A stretch of DNA of 63,953 bases, the filler included, from Bonamia ostreae (lineage: Eukaryota): NCBI GenBank assembly GCA_040357525.1. It is 57 parts of 57 records of this genome, joined end to end, with 100 filler letters (N's around TTAATTAATTAA, not from the genome) between each part and the next. Parts side by side here need not be neighbours in the genome. Positions count along the whole stretch, not along the records: positions 1 to 1,030 come from JBDODL010002971.1; positions 1,131 to 2,160 come from JBDODL010002972.1; positions 2,261 to 3,290 come from JBDODL010002973.1; positions 3,391 to 4,419 come from JBDODL010002974.1; positions 4,520 to 5,548 come from JBDODL010002975.1; positions 5,649 to 6,677 come from JBDODL010002976.1; positions 6,778 to 7,806 come from JBDODL010002977.1; positions 7,907 to 8,934 come from JBDODL010002978.1; 49 more parts are not named here. One strand, 5' to 3'. Positions 1-12,650 of the stretch are shown here, one piece after another. Made by a program: the position numbers and the translations under genes. The notes under the pieces are model-generated. The model saw nothing but the letters and a program-made list of their open reading frames with translations. It made no database searches and had not been told where the DNA came from. How positions within the stretch are numbered: the stretch's first letter is position 1; each line of letters starts with the position of its first letter.

Positions 1-449
1 CCTAAAAAATAAATTTCGCACATGTTTTGTCGGCGGATGCAGTAATGGCTAGATCGTGAAAATTTAAAAATTCGCAATCATAAACGACGGATTTGTGTCC
101 AGCCAATTCCATCGCAGAGCGTTCTTTGGCGTCCCAGACATTTATCGTGCTGTTTCTGTTGACCATAGCCACAAAACGACCGTTCTTAGAAACAGTGCAT
201 TTTACGTCTTCCTGTGTAGAATTGAAGACAGTGTACATTGCTATCGAAGGTAAACGGTTTTTGGTGAAATTGTCGCCTTGTAAAAATGACTCAAATTAAC
301 GATTTTTTGTATTTTCTATTTTAATTTTTTTTGTTCGGCTACTTTCACTGTAAATTAAAAATTTATTTTTACTAATCTTTGGCAGATTGGCCATTTGCTA
401 AATTCCTTTTTACAAACTGTATTGTTTTGTTTTTCGGATACTCTTCCAT
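1..449 (-). CDS. TAF5-like WD40-repeat protein, 5' part (protist). Predicted exons 449-373, 347-301, 276-22
   Basis: RLPSIAMYTVFN...RFVAMVNRNSTINVWD...LAGHKSVVYDCEF...ITASADKT resembles the TAF5 LPSICFYTFLN...GHSGPVY...SSSEDGTVRLW region. GT-AG introns 348-372 (25 nt) and 277-300 (24 nt) join in frame to an ATG at 449. A third candidate intron lies at 2-21. Confidence 0.6.
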
Positions 450-638
450 TAGAATTTTTGGATGGCTAAATATTCTAGAAAAACAAATTTTGAGTGATGA
501 ACTAATATTCTTGTACATAAAATACAGAAATGATGCATTACTATAAATAAACTAAAAAACGTTTTTTTATATCGTCGATATTTAATGCAAAAAGGCTAAT
601 TAAAATAGCCGCAAAAATATATTGGAAATAAAAACAAA

Positions 639-886
639 ATGGGTAACTCTAAATCGAGGAATAAATCGTTTAAAGAAAAAAAAATCGATGATGATGTTGA
701 TCAACTTTTGTTTCATCGCTTAAAATTTAGTCAAGAAGAATTGATGTTGAAACATCAACGGAACAACGGATTACAGAAAACTATTAGAGCGAATATGAAA
801 GAGACGTTAAAGGGGACTCGGAAAATAAAAGAAACGGTTGTTGTTCCCGAAGGCGAAAGCGAGAACGAATGGATTTCTATTCATAG
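639..886 (+). CDS. MOB1: MOB kinase activator (Mob1 family), first exon
   Basis: MKETLKGTRKIKETVVVPEGESENEWISIH matches the Mob1 [27 protein letters not shown] segment. A probable GT donor follows. The MGNSKS N-terminus resembles a myristoylation motif. Confidence 0.8.
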
Positions 887-1030
887 TTTATTTTCATTCT
901 TTGATCTGGCCATTATAATTCATTAATGCTAAGCCTTTAGGATTTTGATTATTAATATGTTCTTAATATTAGTGTAAACACTTTTTCTGTAAATGTGTTA
1001 TTAGTGGATGAGACAATAATGATTCAATTT

Positions 1031-1130
1031 NNNNNNNNNNNNNNNNNNNNNNNNNNNNNNNNNNNNNNNNNNNNTTAATTAATTAANNNNNNNNNNNNNN
1101 NNNNNNNNNNNNNNNNNNNNNNNNNNNNNN
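1031..1130. other. Artificial contig linker (44 N + TTAATTAATTAA + 44 N); first of 56 identical linkers
   Basis: The same 100-bp spacer recurs about every 1.12-1.13 kb. The palindromic 12-mer gives stops in all six frames, and flanking contig lengths fall monotonically from 1030 to 1018 bp. Confidence 0.99.
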
Positions 1131-4100
1131 GAATGATTTGGGTATGGATACATGGATACATTTATGAAGTGGAAATTTCAAGTGATTCATTTGATTTGTG
1201 GGAGAACATCAGTGAACATATCAGAATAACATTCTAATTGATCACACTCTATATACAATTGCGGGCTAGTTTATACCAAATGTATTGCTCGTCAAACGCC
1301 ATGATGAATATTGTTGACTGCTGATAAATACATTCATATTTTTTTCTTTTCGATAGATCATGGGATTCTGAATGAAGTCATGTTCTAGGAAGAGGGAAGA
1401 AAGAAACTCATTACAAAATGTAATTTAGAGATAGCACCCAATCAGGGCAAATGATACTGAATTTAACAGCAAATGATGTGAAATAGACTAAGCCATCAGT
1501 ATGTTGTATATAATGTATTTTTATCACGGAGTAAGATGCACTAGAAGGAATATTACGATGGTTTGGAATTTGTATATTTTACATTGTATCCGTGTTGTTT
1601 GTATATTCTTTATTCATGCTAAGCATCCTTACCTACATGTACGTCGTAATTCTGCATATCCTTGATCATTTCAAACACATCTTTATTTTCATTTAATTAG
1701 GGTATATTAAGTGGTTGATATCAAGGAAATGAACAGTGCGGAATTTACAAAGTGCATTCACAAGAATTAAAAGATATTTACATATATGTAATCACCAGGT
1801 ATATAAACCTTTTATTTCAAATACAGGTGAATATTTGAAAGGTAATAAATATCTGTTGGGAACACATGTTTTCAAATGGTAGTAAATGAATGCACCGTCA
1901 AAAGGTTCCATATGCCATTATGTCTGATTAAGTATTGTGGGTCTACCCACTTTTGATGAATATATGTAGCAATCAATTTCAAAGTTGAAGATATTTTTAA
2001 ATCACTGAATGACCATATGTTTTACAAAGTTTCCGCACTGTAGATTTGTGTGAGGAGATTGGTGATGGTGATATCTCACACCGGAAGTACTTTAAAGATC
2101 ATAGGATAGGATTTTCAAAAAGGTGTTTTCACGCAAATGTGGTTTTAATCACTTAAAACANNNNNNNNNNNNNNNNNNNNNNNNNNNNNNNNNNNNNNNN
2201 NNNNTTAATTAATTAANNNNNNNNNNNNNNNNNNNNNNNNNNNNNNNNNNNNNNNNNNNNTTGTGTTGAATTGATTGCCTCCCCTTCGTCGCAGCAGCCG
2301 TAAACCTAATCAGGAAGTGATGTTGTAATATGAACACCAGTTGATGTTTTCTTGTCACACGCCGGACTAGGACAAATGTGATCACAATAGGTCACTTGAG
2401 CTTTCAGTTACAGTGAACTAAAAGGTAATGTGTCCACAGGCACCTGTGCATGACAATATAGTTGTTTTAATCGTCTATGTATCATAATAGAGCTTTTAAT
2501 ATCAATTTCTGATCATCATTTCATTTTCTCTAATGTCTACGTTTTGTGAATTTGCTGTGAGCCTAGAGACTGTATCTATCTTGTGGTTCAATTAATGATA
2601 AACACAAAAAATGCAAGAACAGTTCGGTTTAATTTTAATTTTCGATTAATCGTTGGACCTAAATGAAGAGTTATACAACCTTTAGTATGATTTATTCTAG
2701 GGTAAATGTTGCCAGATCGATCATTAAACAGTAACCAATTTTCCGATCAACTACTGGAGTAAAATCAGACATCCCGATGTACTATCTTCAATTGTGTCCA
2801 AATGGATCCCCTTAGCTATATATTAAACAATGTGTTGTGCATTATCTTTAATTGTTGTCAAAACACGACAACAATTTAGGATACAGTGATCTCCGAAAAT
2901 ATAAATGAATTTCACTGGAACGTAAAGTAAAGAGAAAATATTGAGTGATTATATTTTTTTCCGAAGACCCGAGAATTCATTTTGTATTCCATAATCGGGA
3001 CGTCAACAGGTACACGAGTAACTGGTACCCGCTGATAGCTCCAGATTATTTTGAACAATTATATAATAATTCCCAATGTTTTATCTTTCAGGACAGTGTC
3101 CATCACCCGGTAAGTCATTAGTATGAGGATTTATACAGTAATCATGCTAATACAGTTTCTGATAGTCGTACCACTTACAACTTGTACATTGATTATACTG
3201 TTATTAATGGTGCATTAAGAACATGTGACGGATCTTCTAAAACTGGACCATTGGTTTACCTAGACTGCAATAAAATCAACAGCCCATGTANNNNNNNNNN
3301 NNNNNNNNNNNNNNNNNNNNNNNNNNNNNNNNNNTTAATTAATTAANNNNNNNNNNNNNNNNNNNNNNNNNNNNNNNNNNNNNNNNNNNNAAAAGACATA
3401 GTTTCTCGAAAATCTTTAATATAGGAGATTTCCATCTTGACATCAAGAAACAAAATATGCTACAATGTAAATGGCATGAGTGTGGATTAAATCAGATACC
3501 CTTCTTGAAGCTTGTTCGATGTTTGATCTGACATTTACAAACAGTATGTTCCTTATAACATAAAATGTACATGTCTGGTTTTCTGACTATCAATTCGTTG
3601 CTGTGTTTTACTGTAACCCATGTAAGCGTCAACGTTATTTCACTCAAACAATGACAACGACATCATTCTTTAATGGCATTTACCCAATTTAATTAGTATA
3701 TACAATGATGGAGAAATGAATTACGTTTGAGAGAAATAAAATGTTGAGTTTGATATATCATAGATCACTATTCAGTACCATTTATCATACATAAGTCAAA
3801 TACCTATGTACGCTTTGTTTATCACAAGTGGAAACCAAACCACATAATGTTTTGTTTGTAGGTACTATTTAGATTCCCGTACATGTACTTTAGAAAAGGT
3901 TGGTGTTAAGATATTTCATAGACAAGAAGCTGTTACTGAAATATTCTGATATTTGCTTCTGCACTTAGATCTACGCTCCTCGAATAAACAGGGGAACCGG
4001 TAGGGTATATGTATTGTTTTTGCGACTCTCTAAAAAGTTTGTCATTATAAAATAAAATAAAATGTTTAAGTGATTGTGCCGCGAGCCTCGCATTTCACAG

Positions 4101-4675
4101 TGGAGCTACAACCTTATGATTTTCAGGACCACATGAAATATGTTTATAGAATTGAATAACCGCACGTGGAGCTCTCCAACCAAATTCAGATTTCAAGTAA
4201 TATTGGTATCTTATTTACAAACAAAAGGCAAACGATGTAAAAACAGTATTCTCACTCTGAGAAATGAATCTTCAAATTTATTGCAACTTCTTTTGGAAAC
4301 ATTTACGTTTCATTCCGGAAAAAAACCCACCTTATAATGTGTGCCATATTTGTAATTTTACTCCATTAGAAATGACGGAAAATAGTAAAACGGCAGTTTG
4401 TGAGAGCTTGGTTAAAAGGNNNNNNNNNNNNNNNNNNNNNNNNNNNNNNNNNNNNNNNNNNNNTTAATTAATTAANNNNNNNNNNNNNNNNNNNNNNNNN
4501 NNNNNNNNNNNNNNNNNNNGAAAAAAGACGACCAAACAATAACAGAAAAACAACGAAAAATCGCAAACACTCTTTTGTCATGGTACTATTCTGGATACCA
4601 CACTGGAAGGTTAGAAGCTGAGCGAGAACACAAAAGCTAAATTTTACTATAATTTTATCTAAAAAAGCAAATTTT

Positions 4676-5548
4676 CTATTTTATATTTTGCAAATTTTCA
4701 TATTCTTCAATTGATCGCTTCAGTTCAATAATTTCGTTTTTGTTATATTCGATTTCCTTTGTTTCGTCGTCGATATATTTGTCCAGTTTGGCCAAATTTT
4801 CGTCATTTAGTTCCAATTCTTTTAATTTTCGATTTTGAAAATTTGCGAAATTTGAAATTTTAATNNNNNNNNNNAAACTTTGAGTAAATTTGAAAAAACC
4901 GTTTTTGTCATCGACAAATTCACTTTCGTCAAATTTACTTTTCAAAGCTTCCAAAACTTCAATCGCAATCTTTTTTTCTTCATCAAATTTTAATTTCGGA
5001 CTTTTCCTTTTCCCATCGCCAATATATTCGTTTTTGTTCTCATTTACAACAAAAAGCAATTTTTTAAGCTTTTCTAAATTTTTTTCGGTCTTTTGAACAT
5101 CCTTTCCCAATTCTTCGAATCGTTTTTTGTTGTATTTGTACCATTCAAGTTGCGTTTCCGGTCTTCGATGGCATTCGCTATATTTCTCCATTTCGGACAT
5201 TAGTATAAAATCTCGGACTTTTTCGAATTCTTTATCGGTTCCGTTGAAATTGTGTTGCAAATCGTAATCTCCTTCTAAAATCGATAGGAAAAAATCGCCG
5301 CACGGCATTTCGCGGGCCATTTTGCAGAGTTGGCAATGTGGATTTTTGTACGGTTCCTTTCAAAGATTTTTTTGCGATTTTAAAAATTGGCGAAAAAAAA
5401 CTTCCCAATTTTCCAATTTGAACTTTCGAAGAATTTTCGAATGGTCTTCGTCTTCGGATTCGAAAATCATTTTCTTTATTCTGAAAGGAAAATCAGTTTT
5501 TTTCGTATTTTTGTTCAGATCTGTTTTCGTTTCTTTTAAATAAAAATT
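4676..5548 (-). CDS. Hypothetical protist protein with CxxC-x7-C motif and coiled-coil C-terminus; intron 5357-5401 (45 nt)
   Basis: The 214-aa ORF extends upstream (EPYKNPHCQLCKMAREMPCGDFF). Removing GTTTTTTT...GAAAG removes an in-frame TGA and joins it to an open upstream exon. There is an internal 10-N gap at 4865-4874. Confidence 0.55.
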
Positions 5549-5684
5549 NNNNNNNNNNNNNNNNNNNNNNNNNNNNNNNNNNNNNNNNNNNNTTAATTAA
5601 TTAANNNNNNNNNNNNNNNNNNNNNNNNNNNNNNNNNNNNNNNNNNNNAATAAAATAATCTTCGTTTTAAATAATTTTCGTTTT

Positions 5685-6639
5685 TTAAAGTAAATTAAAA
5701 ACCCAAAAAATCGCAATTTCCTTGCTAACTCGTCCAAACCTTTTATACAAAAATTTATTTTCCTCAAAACACCTTTTCTCTTTCACTCCAACATTTCCAT
5801 TCGCTAAAAATTTTCTCCAAATCTTGCTTTGCTTAATCGATTCCTGGCGACATTGATCTCTCAGATGCAGCGCGGCGAAGAGAGCTGCCGATATTATTGT
5901 CGACGGCGCCGTCGACGACAATTCCGTCTCAAAAATGGACAGTTCTAACAAAAACCAACAAAAATGGCGCTGTTTTTCATTCGTTTTGGCAACGCCGAAA
6001 AAATGGTTGCAGAAAACAGAATGGGACGGTAAACTTAAACTCCATTCCGTGTTTTTGAGCACAAGCTATTTTAAGCAAATTTAGTCGAAATCCAAATTTG
6101 CAATTTTTATTTTGAAAATTTGCAAAAACGATTTCCATTTCATACAAATCCTTGTGCGAAAAAGCGGAATCCGCGACATAAACGAAATCCCTCGCCACCG
6201 GAGGCGCAATTTCAGAGAACTTTGCGGCTATGAACAGAGCTGCGCAGCCCAAGAGCTGAAATCGCGAGCGCGTCACTTTGCGCTTCGAGAGGAACAAATC
6301 GATCAATTCAGCCGCCAAAAAGAGGCAATCTGTTCCAAGCCGGAAACTGGAGCTGACTTCCGACAGCCAGTCGAGCAAAACCAGACGCATTTTGACGGTC
6401 ACATCTTGTTGCGCCGCCATGAAGTTTTGTTTTGGCCTTCTGGCCATTTCAACTTTTTTCAAGTGCGCTAAAATCGCTTTTTCGCCTTCTTTGAACAAAA
6501 ACATGTCTCCAAAAGAGCGTTTTTGAATGTCTTGCGACATTTTTTGGGAAGAAGGGATTTTTTCGGGGTGGAAACTGAAAGGAAACTTTTTCGATTTTAG
6601 TCTTTTTAACTGCTCTTTCCTTTTGTAAATTGAAGTCAT
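5685..6639 (-). CDS. A/B-type cyclin; intron 6066-6129 (64 nt)
   Basis: The cyclin box reads MRLVLLDWLSEV...LFLAAELIDLFLS...FQLLGCAALFIAAKFSEI. Splicing gives YEMEI|LVLKNTEWSLSLP, the canonical continuation. The 3' end is uncertain. Confidence 0.92.
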
Positions 6640-6901
6640 TTTAATGCTGCAATGTTATTGCAAAATTGACGGCGCCANNNNNNNNNNNNNNNNNNNNNNN
6701 NNNNNNNNNNNNNNNNNNNNNTTAATTAATTAANNNNNNNNNNNNNNNNNNNNNNNNNNNNNNNNNNNNNNNNNNNNTTCCCTTTCTTTTTACATCTTTA
6801 AAAGCATTCTATGACATGTTTATATTTTACGAATTGTGCATCATGACAAGATAAATTGATTGGTATTTTTATGTTTTGAGGTGACATTTCTGCATCTGTA
6901 G

Positions 6902-7247
6902 ATTCTGATGATCCTCCATCAGACACGTTGGTTGTAGGAGGCGTTGTAGGTGGATGTTTTGTTGTGATCGTCCTGGCTGCAATTGTCGTTGTTTTGATCT
7001 TGAGGTACTACTTTGTCATTTCAATGAACTTTTTGGAAAACAAAAGTTATCGTTAACAAAATTCATTGGTTGGTCATAGTAATTCATACTTATCGTCAAT
7101 TGATTATCAATGTTGATACTAACTAAATTGAATGCTTTATCTTAGATTTAAAAGAAGGAAGTCTGAAGGGTCCGACACGAAGGAAAATGGCACACAGAAG
7201 ACAAATTCTTCTTCGATGAAACTGAAAACAAAAATGGTTCCAAAACG
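6902..7247 (+). CDS. Host single-pass membrane protein, two internal exons (about 6902-7004 and 7146-7247)
   Basis: An AG/GT-bounded exon encodes the TM segment LVVGGVVGGCFVVIVLAAIVVVLILR. The next exon carries a basic juxtamembrane tail, FKRRKSEG. Confidence 0.6.
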
Positions 7248-8049
7248 TAAAGTATCATCGTGAATCTCCTGGTGTTTAATAATTGGATGAACTGTCTATT
7301 GATACCTCAGTAAGAAATCATTCNNNNNNNNNNATAAATAAATCGTACATACGTGGTTTGTAGGTTGTAGACGGTGACAATTCCTATTATTAGATAAATA
7401 CTGTCACTAACTTCAATGAAGTACTTAGGTTTTAAAGATGACAGGATCTGGCGACATTTCGTGTTATTGATAGATTTATTCTGCATTCAAATGGATGATT
7501 GTTTCTTATCAGTTATCAATTATATCACTTTTCCGTGCCAGTGGATGAAAATATCTAATGAAAACTCAGGCATAAAATCAAGTCCTCGATGAAGTAGTGG
7601 ACATCCTAATGTATCGAACATCCTCTGATTTATATATACAGCAACTGTTTTGTTTTCGTCCAATCATTCTCTTGCACTTGCTTGCAAGATATCCAACAAC
7701 CAAGCGGTTCTAAAATTGAGTTTTGAATTAATCAATCAACGTATTTTGACATATACTTGCGTGTAGCAATAAATCAGTCTCACCAACATAAAGTTCTTTA
7801 TGTACANNNNNNNNNNNNNNNNNNNNNNNNNNNNNNNNNNNNNNNNNNNNTTAATTAATTAANNNNNNNNNNNNNNNNNNNNNNNNNNNNNNNNNNNNNN
7901 NNNNNNAGCATCTTCGGGATAAGAGGACAGAAATTGTATATTTCAGGAATTCTGCTTTCCCGGAGCAAAAACTGTGAAAACATTTCCGTTTTTTAGCTCT
8001 TTTTTACAACTGCACATGTGCGATAAAAAATAACGCATAGTCATATAGT

Positions 8050-8430
8050 GGAGGATGGCCTCTACCAAACTTGCAAATTTCACGATCTTTGAGGCAGAGG
8101 TTCTAACTCGAAGGTAGTTTGGTATATAGTCTTTATGTGTGAAATATCTAAATAATATATACATACCGTCTTTTTAATGTTATTGATACTAAAGTTAAAG
8201 TAAAATTGATATTAAGAAGAATTGGTAGCCTTTCCAAAATTGTGAATTCCATAGTCCCAGGGTTAGGAGCTATATTTATTGTTCCACAATGGGGGCTAAA
8301 ATAATTTTAGCGACTGTTTCATTTAGGATTTGCTGATACTTTTAATGTATAAGAATAAATGTATTTTTATGAATAGCAAGATGAATGTACCGAAATTGTG
8401 ATTTCACAACCCAGGTTCTGAATTATAGAC
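8050..8430. repeat. Bivalve-type interspersed repeat with degenerate internal tandem subunits (core like ACCAAAATTGTAAATTTCATGACCCC)
   Basis: Related cores occur near 8063, 8233 and 8388 (spacing about 155-170 bp), again near 26225, and inverted near 14700-14735. This resembles oyster satellite-bearing Helentron/MITE-like repeats; the family was not verified. Confidence 0.5.
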
Positions 8431-10375
8431 AGGTCTAAAATAGTGTTAATATTACATAAATGTTGTATATCAGTATGATCATGTTGTAGGTTATGATGTG
8501 TTTTAACAACACATCTTGGTTTCTATGCCAGCTGAATATTAAGCTTTAGCTTAGATATGCATTGATTTTACAGCCCATGGAGCTACAGAGTGTAGCATTA
8601 CTTTTCACTTATACTCAAGTGACCAATAATGTTCATGATTGTAGTCTTTTCTGTTGAGTTGAAAGGTTACTTACTCATCTCAATATTTACTTATTTCTTT
8701 CTTTATCATTCTTGTGTACATGCACTGTCCTATATTTGTTATTGATCAATACATGTATTCAGTACTGTTGCTGCCTAATTGTACATGTATGAGGTTCCTT
8801 CAATAAATATGTAAACAATGTCGCTCTTTATCATATTAGTTTTCAGAAATTGACGATCAACACATCTCCATATGTAAAATGATTTATCTTGTCGATCTGT
8901 TCAGTTTCATTTGATTAAAGGTGAAGATAATGAANNNNNNNNNNNNNNNNNNNNNNNNNNNNNNNNNNNNNNNNNNNNTTAATTAATTAANNNNNNNNNN
9001 NNNNNNNNNNNNNNNNNNNNNNNNNNNNNNNNNNTGTTCGTTATCTTTACCTTTCATTTACGAGAACTCCATATTCTTCCCTAGCAAGGATTTTATAATA
9101 TTGAGAGTGACTTTTTCAACATCCCCAGTTTAAATTTGCTACTGGAACACCTAGTTGCACTGTTTGATAACCTTTATGGTGATGATTTAACAACGATTAT
9201 GACTGGGTGAAAAAAGTGATTTATTAAGAAAAAAATGACCCGGAAGATCATTTACACCCTGGAATAGTTATTACTTCCCTGTTCTAGTTTTATTCATGAT
9301 AAATATTGTCCTTTTCAATCATATCTTATTTGTATTTCAAACAATGTACAATTGATTTGATGTTTACTCTATTTGAATCTGCTCCGCAACGCCACCTGAC
9401 TTGAATTCACAGACATGTTGTTTTCATTTCACCATGAGGAAAATTGAAGGAACACCAGTTTCATCTCTGCGCAAAGCACATTGATGACGTAAAATAGTGT
9501 AGAATATAATCCGTATAAGATAGTATCTGCCAACAATTTACGACTGTATAGCAAAGTCTAATATATGCTGTACAGCAGACTAAACTATAAACACACCAGA
9601 GGTTTTTGTATTCTTTATTTCCCCCATCATGAGAGTTCTGTAGTAGAGTGCTCGTTCACTTACCCACCCAGAACTCTAAAGGTTTCATGGAGTAAGAAAA
9701 CATGCAAATCTTTTATCACTCAGTGTCAACTTAACAGGGCTTTTTGTTAGATTTGATTAGAAATCGCATAACATCGAGAATATTTAAATCATCTAATGTC
9801 AAACATTATTATTATTTTCGATAATTATCATGTGTTATGGTCTCTTTTGAGATCGTTATTCTTTTTATATAAATTATCTTTAATTTCTCACGTTTTATGA
9901 TATATTTCATCGATGCGTATTGATGTGGAAGACAGAACGACATTTTAAAGTACATTGTAAAGTAGTTTTTATAATAACAAATTGTGTAATTGTATCAGCA
10001 AATATTCTATTACAATTATTGATAGAGATGATACTCACAGATAAGTTACATCTGATGTTGATNNNNNNNNNNNNNNNNNNNNNNNNNNNNNNNNNNNNNN
10101 NNNNNNTTAATTAATTAANNNNNNNNNNNNNNNNNNNNNNNNNNNNNNNNNNNNNNNNNNNNAATGCGATTTTGACAAAATTGCAATAATTTTTATAAAC
10201 CGCAATAATTTTTGTTCGAAACGGGTTTAAACAAAGCGGAAAATCGTCCAATAATCGCAAAAAGAAGGAACCAATAAAAATATATTCGCAAAAATTTATT
10301 GACTTTTCCGACGTCTCATGTCCCCAATCCCGTCTCTGAACATTCGAATCAACATTCTGATCAAACGGAAAACAC

Positions 10376-11108
10376 CTAAATTTGAATCTTGAAACTTTGC
10401 TCTTTGCCATTGGCCAAACGAACATTGACCTTCAAGAGCGCCAAATGTTTGCGAGTGGCTTCGATATCGTTGTCCATAAAAAGTCGACTATAAAGTGCTT
10501 CAATTTCAGCCAAAGCGCAAACAAGTTCAAAATGCGCTTTGAAACGAGTTTTGTCTAAAATTTGTGACATAAAAGAAGACAAATTGCGTTCGGAAGTCAC
10601 TTTATCCCATTTTTTGACGATTTTGCGAAACCCGGTCGCATTGATCTCGCAATAGTGTTGCAGAACGGCCAACAACTCGTAAACCGATTCGAGGCGACTT
10701 TTGATATTGCTTTTGTGGAGGAATTTTCTGTCGACCGCTTTGATGTCGTTTTCGGAAATCGATTCTTTCTTCGTTTCTTGTTCGAGTTCGAGTTTGATTT
10801 CGTTCAGACTGCCACGCAGAAGACTCAGATTTTTGCGGTAAAAGTGGTCGACCGTGTGGATGTCGGCGCGGATTCTTCTGAAAAAGCGTTCCTTTTCGCC
10901 GGATCCGTAATCGAACCGAGTTTCCGAGAAATTGGAAGCGCTTTGACTTCTGCGCGAGTGTTCCAGGCTGTTTTTGACATTTTTGATCTGTTTTTTGAGT
11001 TCCAAATAGGACATGAACTTGTCAGACCAAGTTTCCTTTGAAAAGATTTTGGTGAGAGTTGAAAACCATATATTCGATTTCCTGTTTAATAGTTTTGCCG
11101 AACTTCAT
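10376..11108 (-). CDS. SPX-domain protein (probable phosphate transporter or regulator), N-terminal part; intron 11036-11066 (31 nt)
   Basis: The spliced N-terminus MKFGKTIKQEIEYM|ETWSDKFMSYLELKKQIK and the motif YCEINATGFRKIVKKWDK are SPX signatures. Downstream exons are unresolved. Confidence 0.9.
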
Positions 11109-11290
11109 TATATGACTTCGGGTTTTTATTTAGGTTTTTCGTTTTGTTTTTTGTTATATCAAATTGTATAAAGTCTGTTTTAGTTTTTTTNNNNNNNNNN
11201 NNNNNNNNNNNNNNNNNNNNNNNNNNNNNNNNNNTTAATTAATTAANNNNNNNNNNNNNNNNNNNNNNNNNNNNNNNNNNNNNNNNNNNN

Positions 11291-11993
11291 GAGACTTCCG
11301 AAACGAAAGCGCAACTGGCAAAATGCAATAAAAGTAGTAAATTAACGCCATTCCAACCGTCATCAGCGAAAAATATAACGTGAGCGAATTCTTATTTAAG
11401 ACTCCATTAATGGCAACAAACACCAATGACCCGATCCAACAAACTATTCCGATCGTCGTAACACTGAAAGTTTCTCTTTTCAACCGAAATCCATCGTTCC
11501 CTGAAAAGTAAAAAGCAGAAGCAGCCAAAGCATACAGAAAGAGATGGAAGACCACCATCGTCGCACTCAACACCAACGCGGAAGTTTCTGTTTTGGGGGA
11601 AGGCGTGACCGCCAACAAATAAGTCGCCGGAATTGCCGCCAATGATAGCGTGCCCGTCGCCCCAAAGAGCGCAAACAGCATTTTGGGCAAATTCTTGTAG
11701 AACCACCCCAACTTGAAATCGTTCAAAACGATGAGGAGCCGTGCTACGTAGCAGGCGAGAAGTAGAGAAAACAATCCGTAAAAAACGGCCAGCGCTTCAA
11801 TCAAGATGACAACGCCCGAGATCGTCGTTAGCGCGAACAAGTACAGAGTTGTTGCACTGAGTAGACCGATGAAGTAGAAGAAAGTACGCGAAGAAATCAT
11901 TTTTGTTTTATATCTTGCGAAGCTCGTTATTAGAAAGGGTAAAGATAGAACGCCGAGAATGCCGAGCAAAACGAAAAGAGCGATGTCCGACAT
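11291..11993 (-). CDS. Multi-pass (about 7 TM) membrane protein, possibly the receptor part of a 7TM-RGS protein; 3'-truncated by the contig end
   Basis: About seven hydrophobic segments. RYKTKMISSRT follows TM1, ARLLIV follows TM3, and DGFRLKRE precedes TM6. Confidence 0.6.
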
Positions 11994-12650
11994 TTGAATA
12001 AGGTTATTTTATTAAAACAGTTATTGTTTTGGTTTAGAGTTTAAATATTTGGTTTATTTTGCGATTAAAAATTGTTTATATTATTTTCAAAACTCTGTTT
12101 TTAGTTAAATAATATTATTAAACAATTGAAATTTTAACTAAAAATTATCTCATGTGAAAGAAGAAAGATTTGAACTGAAATTCTGGAGTTAAAAAATAAC
12201 AAAAATTTAATTTCCAAATTAATTGGTCGCGGCAGAAAGACTGTTTCCAAATTTTTAAAAATCTCTTCTTAAATCGAAAAAAAGAACTGATACTGGAGCC
12301 AATCGAAAATATAATAAANNNNNNNNNNNNNNNNNNNNNNNNNNNNNNNNNNNNNNNNNNNNTTAATTAATTAANNNNNNNNNNNNNNNNNNNNNNNNNN
12401 NNNNNNNNNNNNNNNNNNTGCCAAAAAAGTAAATTTAAAAGCAAAAACATTCCAAATTAGTTTAAAATCCAAAAGGAAAATTTTGACAATTAAGAGCAGA
12501 CAGTAATTAAAAAGGTCAGCCCTTCTCCAAAAAAATTTTTATTTGTTTCACCGAGAAACAAATAAAAATATATGAAATCGGGGAATATTAACCTATTTAC
12601 GGACTTACTACAAACACATATAACAATTCTGAAAAAGGCGCACGGGCGCG

